Virus record (IMG/VR): IMGVR_UViG_3300025127_000148
Location: 1-31,075 of that record
Length of the DNA stretch: 31,075 nucleotides
Direction: 5' to 3' (one strand)
From: a virus
Lineage: Duplodnaviria > Caudoviricetes
Part shown: positions 24,768 to 31,075 of the stretch, in pieces
Layout: each line of letters begins with the position of its first letter
Numbering within the stretch: the stretch's first letter is position 1
Position numbers and translations under genes: made by a program
Notes under the pieces: model-generated
What the model was told of the DNA's origin: nothing
The model's database searches: none
What the model saw: the letters and a program-made list of their open reading frames with translations, nothing else

Positions 24768-24778
24768 AATTAAACAGA

Positions 24779-25243
24779 TTACACAGCAGTGTCGTGCTGA
24801 GAGTCTGTATTTCTATCAGTTTCGTCAATACCTGATACATCACATAGTACAGCGAATACTCTGATCTTACCTGCAGATGAAGCTGCATCTAAGACTTTAA
24901 TATCCAAAGTATCTGCACTTGCAACTATAGTTCTAGCTGTAGCTGTTGGTGCAGAAAACCCTGTAGCGTTAGTGTCGCCATCAGCGTATCTGTCAATGTC
25001 TCCACCTGTGATACCTAAGTCCATAGTAACTGAAGAAGATAATGCAGTGATTACCTCAATTCCAGCTTCCATGATTAAAGTTTCAGCAGGGATGTCTAAG
25101 CACTGAATAATATCATTCTGTGCTGCACCGCTGTCGCCATTAATTGCTGATACATCAATTGTATTTTCAACTAAGTAAGGTGTTCTACCATTAGCAGGAT
25201 GCCCAGTAGTTCCACCAGCACCTGTTACATTATAAGTTGCCAT
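24779..25243 (-). CDS. Probable capsid decoration/minor capsid protein
   Basis: Immediately after the MCP and before the terminator; AGGAGG SD; beta-rich DIIQCLDIPAETLI...MDLG...DTLDIKV...GKIRVFAV. Confidence 0.7.
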   Translation of the reverse strand: MATYNVTGAGGTTGHPANGRTPYLVENTIDVSAINGDSGAAQNDIIQCLDIPAETLIMEAGIEVITALSSSVTMDLGITGGDIDRYADGDTNATGFSAPTATARTIVASADTLDIKVLDAASSAGKIRVFAVLCDVSGIDETDRNTDSQHDTAV

Positions 25244-25264
25244 AGTTCTCTATTATCCTCCTAA

Positions 25265-26203
25265 TTAACCTATTGTTATTACACCAGATCTTACTGCTTC
25301 GTCTCTAAGAATTTTTCTTCCATAAACGTGTAAGCCTCTGACTACGTCTGCGAATGAATCAGGGTCTCTGATTAATTCAGTTTTTGCGATATGATTTACA
25401 GTCGCAACTCCTGACGCATGTCCATATAAAAATGCAAACTCATTTGATCCTGAAGAACCAAAAGTATGAGATGCTGCAGATCCACTAGACACTGCAATAG
25501 CATTTGTTGAGTACATGTTAAAACCAAATAATGGTCTGTCTGTGACTTTACCATTTCTGATTTGAGATGCACCGCCATCAGCCATTACTGATTGGTCAGA
25601 TAGTTTAGCACCTGCTTTTCTTAATTGCTCAAAAAATTCAGGTGGTGCAACTAGCCATCTATTTTCTTCTGGCACATCATTTTTATCAAGAACTTTTTTA
25701 GCTGATGATACAACATCTGCTAAAGTGTCAACTGCTGCGTCACCATCAATTGGTGAACCATCAGTTCCAGTATCACTAGCTGATGTAGAAGCGTTATCAT
25801 AGATAAACTTCAATACATTGTAGTCATACGCTTTTTTTAATGAATATGCACCTGAAGAGGTTGCAAGAGCTTCAAAGTTTACATGAGATTGTCTTTCTTC
25901 AATATCATCAACTTTAAAAGCAAAGTATGAACCTTGGTCAACAGTCATAGTTATTTGGTCGTCAGCTAATATTTGTGTATCAACTGTTTGACCTCTAGCA
26001 TAATCTTTAACTGTGATTGTGGGCTCTTTAATGATCTTTACTGTGTCACCAAAGTTTTCAATTTCTCCAGCGTAATCAGTGTTAGTAATATCTTCTACCA
26101 CTGATGCTCTTCTGAAGAACTTCTGAACTTTCTGACTAAAGATTTGTGGAGTAAAATTACCTTGTGCAAGGTTATTATATCCTGTTGAACTTCCAAAAGC
26201 CAT
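25265..26203 (-). CDS. Major capsid protein (HK97 fold, P22-coat-like/HMO-2011-like)
   Basis: GNFTPQIFSQKVQKFFRRASVVEDITNTDYAGEIENFGDTVKI, VPEENRWLVAPP, RDPDSFADVVRGLHVYGRK; strong SD AAGGAGG. Confidence 0.93.
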   Translation of the reverse strand: MAFGSSTGYNNLAQGNFTPQIFSQKVQKFFRRASVVEDITNTDYAGEIENFGDTVKIIKEPTITVKDYARGQTVDTQILADDQITMTVDQGSYFAFKVDDIEERQSHVNFEALATSSGAYSLKKAYDYNVLKFIYDNASTSASDTGTDGSPIDGDAAVDTLADVVSSAKKVLDKNDVPEENRWLVAPPEFFEQLRKAGAKLSDQSVMADGGASQIRNGKVTDRPLFGFNMYSTNAIAVSSGSAASHTFGSSGSNEFAFLYGHASGVATVNHIAKTELIRDPDSFADVVRGLHVYGRKILRDEAVRSGVITIG

Positions 26204-26237
26204 GGTTGTTCCTCCTTGTTATTGTTTAGTTAGATTG

Positions 26238-27167
26238 TTATCGTTGTTCAATCCTACCTTCTAAACGAGCAAGGTCAATCTCTTTTTCAAATTTTTCAAA
26301 CTGGTAAGGTTTTAATCTTGCAATCTCACTAGCTGTCCAAATTTTTTTCTTTGGTACGTCAGAGTCATTAGCTTTCTTAGTTTTAGAAATTGCTTTAGCA
26401 GCTTCTTTCTTAACATCCTTTTCTTCTTTTTTAGTTAATGTACTTAAACCACGATCCATTTTATATAGATCAATAGCTCTTGCAGCTAACTTAGAATTAG
26501 ATGTATTTTCATACAGCCAATTTTGAATAGTAGGATCTTGTTGTTCAGCCCATAAATGAAAATCTTCATTTTTACGAAGATCATTAAAATCAGGATGAAC
26601 TTTTAAAAGTTCTACTTCAGCTTTTTCTTTTGCAATTTGTTCTTGCTGGAGTTGAAGGTTTTTAAATTTATCTTCAATTTCTGCAGTTCGAGTAGTAGCT
26701 TTGTTCATTGCAATGGTTTCTACCATATCATAAACATCGGGATACTCTTTTCTCCATGCTTCTAATTCTTCTTTAGATTTAGGAGCTACAAATTGTTTTG
26801 CAGTTGACTCTAATTGTGTACGCAAAGAAGAAAGCTCTTCCTTGTGTTTTTGAATTGTAGAATCATAGTGTCTTTTCAAATCGTCATAACGTTTTTTAAA
26901 AACACGATCTTCAGCTTTTGCAGGGCGTTCAGCGATAGGAGTAGCCTTTTGATCTAATTTGTCTGCAGTCTCTTCAGATGCATTGGTGTCCTTCTGTTCG
27001 GTTGCTGCTTCTGCTTCTTTTTCTCTTTGTTCCCTATGAAACTTTGTTAATTCACCTTTAGCAAATGCTTCAACTTCTGGATCATCTTCTCCATAATTTT
27101 TATTATAAGGATTTGCTTCTTGTACACTAACTTTAGTTTCTTCAGAAACCTTCTTTTCTTCTTCCAT
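26238..27167 (-). CDS. Capsid scaffolding protein
   Basis: Directly upstream of the MCP; acidic N-terminus, coiled coil FKKRYDDLKRHYD, HPDF motif, C-terminal helix pair ending ARLEGRI. Confidence 0.85.
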   Translation of the reverse strand: MEEEKKVSEETKVSVQEANPYNKNYGEDDPEVEAFAKGELTKFHREQREKEAEAATEQKDTNASEETADKLDQKATPIAERPAKAEDRVFKKRYDDLKRHYDSTIQKHKEELSSLRTQLESTAKQFVAPKSKEELEAWRKEYPDVYDMVETIAMNKATTRTAEIEDKFKNLQLQQEQIAKEKAEVELLKVHPDFNDLRKNEDFHLWAEQQDPTIQNWLYENTSNSKLAARAIDLYKMDRGLSTLTKKEEKDVKKEAAKAISKTKKANDSDVPKKKIWTASEIARLKPYQFEKFEKEIDLARLEGRIEQR

Positions 27168-27185
27168 TATTTTTACCTATTGGTT

Positions 27186-27211
27186 GAGTGCCTTATGGGT
27201 AAGGGTAGCTC
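27186..27211 (-). promoter_or_regulatory. Leader hairpin upstream of the scaffolding gene
   Basis: GAG-CTAC-CCTTA-CCCA-TAAGG-CA-CTC in a 68-nt intergenic gap; no U tract. Confidence 0.45.
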
Positions 27212-27235
27212 TATTCCATAATTTGTGGGCTGATA

Positions 27236-27787
27236 CTAAGCAAGTTCTCCTTCAGTATCAATAGTATTGAACTCTTGTTCCATACCAGATTCTTCAGTTT
27301 CTGCCATTTGTGTATCAGGTGGCACAGTTGATTGTCCCATCTCAGTTCCAGACATATCAGTAATTAAACTTTGTACTGCTTGTGTCTCATCACCACTGTA
27401 TCTTTTTGTTGCAAAACTTTTGAACATAGATACAGGTATAATAACATTTTCTTCTTTAGGACCAGCAGCTTCTACAAGAGGAGCTAACTCTGGTGCTAAT
27501 TGGACTAAAACATTACTAACAGATGGAGATAGAACTGCAGATAATACAGCTTTATCTTCATCTGGTAAATTTTGTACTTTTGCTATTAAATCATTTGTAG
27601 GCATCTGTGTAGTATCTTGCATAGGTGCTTCTTCTTCCATAGGTGCAGATGCAGGTTGTTTTCTTTCAAATAGTTTATTCATGCCTGATAAATTAGGAGC
27701 ATTTAATTTTTTAGGTGATTCATTTATTTTACCTGTCATTGTATTTTGATCTTTAGCAACAGTGCTTTTCATATCTACTATAGCCAT
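27236..27787 (-). CDS. 183-aa acidic hypothetical protein
   Basis: TAATG-coupled at 27787; helical core flanked by low-complexity M/E/Q/T tails. Confidence 0.8.
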   Translation of the reverse strand: MAIVDMKSTVAKDQNTMTGKINESPKKLNAPNLSGMNKLFERKQPASAPMEEEAPMQDTTQMPTNDLIAKVQNLPDEDKAVLSAVLSPSVSNVLVQLAPELAPLVEAAGPKEENVIIPVSMFKSFATKRYSGDETQAVQSLITDMSGTEMGQSTVPPDTQMAETEESGMEQEFNTIDTEGELA

Positions 27788-29409
27788 TATTTTTTACCTG
27801 CCCAATAACAAATAGGTTCTAATATTTTATTATAAACTTTACCTAATAACGAAGGTTTACTATTAAACATTACATGTTTTAAATGTTGTGTTCTATGTTT
27901 TGCAAAGTGTGCACCTATTGCTTTTATAATATTACTTTTATGCATAGCTTTTACAAAAGGTTTAAATAATTTATGATACCCCTCTTGGTGTTGTATAGTT
28001 AAATATTTTTTTTGGTATATATACCATATCTTCATTGCTTTAGCCCAGTCTTGTAATCCTGTAGTTTGATACATAGCAGTACAAACTATACTTTTACCAC
28101 CGTTAGATGGTCCTCCACCTTGACCCATATAATCTGTATCTCTACCTAATCCTGTTTTACCAAAACCTGTAACATTAGTTTTAGTATTACCCATTCTTTC
28201 ATCTCTATCTTGTGCTTTACCTTCTCTGTAATCATTAAGTTCTTTTTTCATTTTCTGAGTATCATCATAAAATTTATCACCAGGACCATAACCTTTTTTC
28301 TCAATAGTTTTTTCTCTTTTAGAAACTCTTTTTGCACCAGCTAAATTTAAATTACCAAATGCAGAAACTCTATTCATACCTGCAAATAGATCTGTTGCTG
28401 GATTACCACCAATTCTACCATCACCTCTATCTGTAAAATATCTTTTATTAAAATTAACTGCTGCCTCTGTTTCATTACGAGGTTTGCCTAATTCTCTCAT
28501 TACTGCTATTCCTGGTGTTACAAAATCTTTTAATGCTGTACCGACTGATTGTACAAAAGTTTGTTTAGCAGGTACAGAAGGTTGGCCTTGTATAATTGCA
28601 TCAGGCACTCTAGGTGATATAGTACCACTAGCTAATTCTGCTTGTTTCATAGCCATTGTTTTTGATGGGTCTGCTGATATACCTAATGTATTAGAAGCAC
28701 CCATTCTTCCAGTTGGATCTAACATTTCAGGCATAGCACCTTGTGCAACTTCTGATTTATCACCAGGGAAACCTAACGCTGCTCTTTCTGATGGTTTAGT
28801 AAATTTAGTTTGATCTGTTTTAAGTTTTGGCCCTTTTAAAGTTTCTAATAAGCCTGATAAAAATTTAGGTTTTCTTTTTTCTTTTTCTGCAGCTGATAAT
28901 TTTAATTTGCTTTGCGGTGTTTGAACACTAGGTAACATATCTTGCCTTTGCAATTGTTCTTGTGATACAGTTGATCTACCAAACACAGATTCAGTTGGAT
29001 CTTTAATTCTAGTTCCTACAGCATCGTCAAATGTATCTGCATCAAATGTTCCTTTACGTTCTCCAGCTACATCTCTCATATTAGGTTTATCAAATGTTGT
29101 TTGTAAACCTTTACTAACATCTGTAGCACTTTTTAACATTTTTTCTGTAGTAAACTGATCATCTTTATCATCTTTCTTAGGTAATAAAAATGCTGCTTTA
29201 GTTTGATCTGCAGTAGTTGTACCAGTTTTATCTGCAGCTGTTTCTGTTTTTGCAGCTGTAGTTGTTGCAGCAACAGCACCTAATTCTGGTAACTGTAAAG
29301 GTGCAATTTTGTCAAACCCAGTTTCTTTTAAAACATAATTACCTTGTGCATCACGGACTATAGAAACAGTTCCGCCACCTTGTCTTTTTGAATCAAATGT
29401 TTTTACCAT
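27787..29409 (-). CDS. 540-aa largely disordered protein with C-terminal GGKSIVCTAM domain (probable virion/ejected protein)
   Basis: Low-complexity body, Gly-rich linker, then a compact basic/aromatic domain IVCTAM...GYHKLFKPFV..M...LEPICY. Confidence 0.8.
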   Translation of the reverse strand: MVKTFDSKRQGGGTVSIVRDAQGNYVLKETGFDKIAPLQLPELGAVAATTTAAKTETAADKTGTTTADQTKAAFLLPKKDDKDDQFTTEKMLKSATDVSKGLQTTFDKPNMRDVAGERKGTFDADTFDDAVGTRIKDPTESVFGRSTVSQEQLQRQDMLPSVQTPQSKLKLSAAEKEKRKPKFLSGLLETLKGPKLKTDQTKFTKPSERAALGFPGDKSEVAQGAMPEMLDPTGRMGASNTLGISADPSKTMAMKQAELASGTISPRVPDAIIQGQPSVPAKQTFVQSVGTALKDFVTPGIAVMRELGKPRNETEAAVNFNKRYFTDRGDGRIGGNPATDLFAGMNRVSAFGNLNLAGAKRVSKREKTIEKKGYGPGDKFYDDTQKMKKELNDYREGKAQDRDERMGNTKTNVTGFGKTGLGRDTDYMGQGGGPSNGGKSIVCTAMYQTTGLQDWAKAMKIWYIYQKKYLTIQHQEGYHKLFKPFVKAMHKSNIIKAIGAHFAKHRTQHLKHVMFNSKPSLLGKVYNKILEPICYWAGKK

Positions 29410-29614
29410 CTATTTTATTCCGTTTGTTCGCCTCTTCCAGGTTGAGTATTTGACGCACTAAAGCCAGCTTCCCCTGGCATCGGTACATTGCCTGTTCCGA
29501 TGTTGCCACCTCCAGCTCCTGATGGATCTGTTGGCGAAGCTCCTGGAGGTACTGGACTAGCCTGTCCCATTTGACTTTGTCCTCCAGCAGCGGCTGTATT
29601 GTTTTGATTTCCAT
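29393..29614 (-). CDS. 73-aa helical protein overprinted on the portal 3' end
   Basis: +1 frame relative to portal; amphipathic helices and MYRCQGKLALVRQILNL motif like the small gene that follows the portal in podophages; GGGA upstream of the ATG. Confidence 0.7.
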   Translation of the reverse strand: MEIKTIQPLLEDKVKWDRLVQYLQELRQQIHQELEVATSEQAMYRCQGKLALVRQILNLEEANKRNKIDGKNI

Positions 29615-31075
29615 TTGCCATTCCCATTATTTGTGCATAGATCGCAGCTTTCTCTGGATCATTAATTAATTGATCTGGATCAATATCTAAAGACTTAGCA
29701 ATTTCAGTTAAACATGTATGCCATCTAACAAAAGGTGCAAGTGCAGGATTAGCTGCTGTTTGCATAAATGTCATTAGTCTTTGAGATCTTACTTCTTTCT
29801 GCATCAAAGAAGAAGTGCCTTGAGCTTTAATCTCTAGATCACCTTGTATATGTGGAGCATCATCATTGAATTGCATGTTCCAATAAAACAATGATTGTCC
29901 TAGGGGCTTTAATAAATAGTCATCAATATTTTTAATTACTGTTTTAATACTTAAAGCTGCAGCACCCATTAGCATTGACATACCTGATGCTGTTCTAGTT
30001 GTAGATTGTACACCTGTTGCTCCATGTGAGTATGAAGGTATACCAGTTGCTTCATCAGCTAACTGTCTAAACTTATCAAACATTTGTAAATTTTCATATG
30101 CAGTATTAGGAAACTTTAATCCATGTACTGCTTGTCCTGTCTGGCCGCTTTGTCTTCTAAATATTTTACCAGGAAATACTTTCATGTCTTGTCCAGGTAC
30201 TAGCATTGTTTCATCAACATCAAATACTAAATTACCTGCAAGTGCTAAGTTATCAATAGCCATTCTTGCATGACCATTCATAACCATTTGAGAGTCTTCC
30301 ATGTTTTCTGGAATACCAATACCAAAGAATTGATATGGATTTAATTCGTATGGACAAACTAAATAAGGTATTCTAGTTGGTGTAAATGGATTTTCAACCA
30401 TTCTTAAAACTTTATTACCACATACCCAAACATTAACATGTATGTTGTCTGAATCTGCGCTGTACATTAAACCACATTCATCTGCAGTTTTTCTATCTAT
30501 TATACCCCAATATTCTAAAACTTCAAATCTATTTTTATAAATTGTTTGTATATTCTCTCTATCATACAGAGAAGATTCAAATCCTCTTGTTTGATAGTTA
30601 GGTCCCATTTGTAAACATTCCATTACAGCTTCTCTATCAAACATTGGTTTATCTGCTAGATCTTCAAACTGTGCTTTATTGTATGAGTGTCTTTGAATTA
30701 CAAAATCACAATCATCCATAGTTGTAGCATTTGGATCTGGATAAAAATCCCAACATGATACAGCTTCTATAGATGGAACAGCTTTTGTTTTAGTTGCGTG
30801 AACTCTTTCAATATTTCCTTCATCATCTTCTGCTGTAGAAAATGCATGATATTCTTTTGTGTCTGTAAATGGTCCTTTTAAAATTCCTGTACCCATCAAT
30901 GCCATTTCAAAAAATACATGACGCATAATTGTAATAGCTTTACTTTCCTCAAGCTGATCATGTATTAACTTCTGCATTTGTTCTGCAGCCATTCTAGCTG
31001 GTTCTATTTGTGGAGAACCTGTATAAGATGGACCTTCTTCAAAACCTAAATTTTCATATTCTTGATTTAGGTTTT
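29415..31075 (-). CDS. Portal protein (5' truncated by the window edge)
   Basis: Frame stays open from 30992 to the edge (..NLNQEYENLGFEEGPSYTGSPQIEPAR-MAAE); GTGILKGPF, WDFYPDP, EVLEYWG, PYELNPYQFFGIGI, ADEATGIP, RTASGMSMLM are P22/T7-type portal motifs. Confidence 0.92.
   Translation of the reverse strand, partial: NLNQEYENLGFEEGPSYTGSPQIEPARMAAEQMQKLIHDQLEESKAITIMRHVFFEMALMGTGILKGPFTDTKEYHAFSTAEDDEGNIERVHATKTKAVPSIEAVSCWDFYPDPNATTMDDCDFVIQRHSYNKAQFEDLADKPMFDREAVMECLQMGPNYQTRGFESSLYDRENIQTIYKNRFEVLEYWGIIDRKTADECGLMYSADSDNIHVNVWVCGNKVLRMVENPFTPTRIPYLVCPYELNPYQFFGIGIPENMEDSQMVMNGHARMAIDNLALAGNLVFDVDETMLVPGQDMKVFPGKIFRRQSGQTGQAVHGLKFPNTAYENLQMFDKFRQLADEATGIPSYSHGATGVQSTTRTASGMSMLMGAAALSIKTVIKNIDDYLLKPLGQSLFYWNMQFNDDAPHIQGDLEIKAQGTSSLMQKEVRSQRLMTFMQTAANPALAPFVRWHTCLTEIAKSLDIDPDQLINDPEKAAIYAQIMGMANGNQNNTAAAGGQSQMGQASPVPPGASPTDPSGAGGGNIGTGNVPMPGEAGFSASNTQPGRGEQTE

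Larger units (their letters stand above)
1..31075 (-). mobile_element. Bacteriophage genome segment (podovirus-like morphogenesis, lysis and accessory region; probable marine HMO-2011/HTVC103P-like phage)
   Basis: Co-oriented portal-scaffold-capsid-adaptor-nozzle-fibre-ejection-muramidase order; no tape measure, sheath or tube gene; no host housekeeping genes; dense TAATG/ATGA coupling. Group assignment is from recalled sequence resemblance only. Confidence 0.95.

Noticed and set aside
25244-25290. Possible T7 10A/10B-style frameshift or read-through from the MCP into the next gene
   Set aside because: No slippery heptamer at the MCP end, further stops follow immediately, and the downstream gene has its own AGGAGG SD.
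25396-25578. 60-aa alternative-frame minus-strand ORF inside the capsid gene
   Set aside because: No SD, no recognisable motif; the L/Q/M-rich composition is typical of off-frame reading, unlike the portal-overlapping ORF.
3184-28813. All other plus-strand ORFs in the track (e.g. 5090..5461, 6502..6933, 20629..20982, 27267..27749, 28484..28813)
   Set aside because: Each lies antisense to a well-supported minus-strand gene, often with TTG/GTG starts and S/P/I/L-biased composition expected from codon bias.
1-31075. Alternative genetic code, CRISPR array, tRNA genes
   Set aside because: Genes are full length under code 11 with TAA, TAG and TGA all used as stops; no regularly spaced direct repeats; intergenic gaps are too short and show no cloverleaf.
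30993-31075. Intergenic region upstream of a portal start at 30992
   Set aside because: The portal frame is open to the window edge with protein-like sequence, so 30992 is an internal Met.

Overview
The whole window is the late (virion, lysis, accessory) arm of an AT-rich (roughly 30% GC by eye) short-tailed dsDNA phage, with every credible gene on the minus strand. Read from the right edge: portal (5' truncated), a 73-aa gene almost entirely overprinted on the portal 3' end, two unknown head-region genes, scaffolding protein, major capsid protein, a probable decoration protein, a terminator, head-tail adaptor, nozzle, main tail fibre, and an internally promoted nine-gene cassette of fibre and chaperone-like genes. 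Next come ejection/internal virion proteins, a pesticin-type muramidase with holin-like genes, and an almost unbroken chain of translationally coupled genes for membrane, exported, Cys/His-rich and very basic proteins. From memory, the capsid, scaffold and portal resemble HMO-2011-like / HTVC103P-like marine podophages, and the low GC would fit a SAR11 host; this is inference, no search was run. I translated by hand eight complete small ORFs and one truncated ORF missing from the supplied track. The best candidates for undescribed biology are the coupled envelope-protein module at 1050-4552, the dual-coding portal 3' end, the metallothionein-like peptide, the Cys-initiated C-terminal domain of the post-portal protein, and the multi-fibre cassette with GC-rich hairpins in its coding sequence. 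I saw no tRNA, rRNA, CRISPR array, integrase, transposase or reverse transcriptase.
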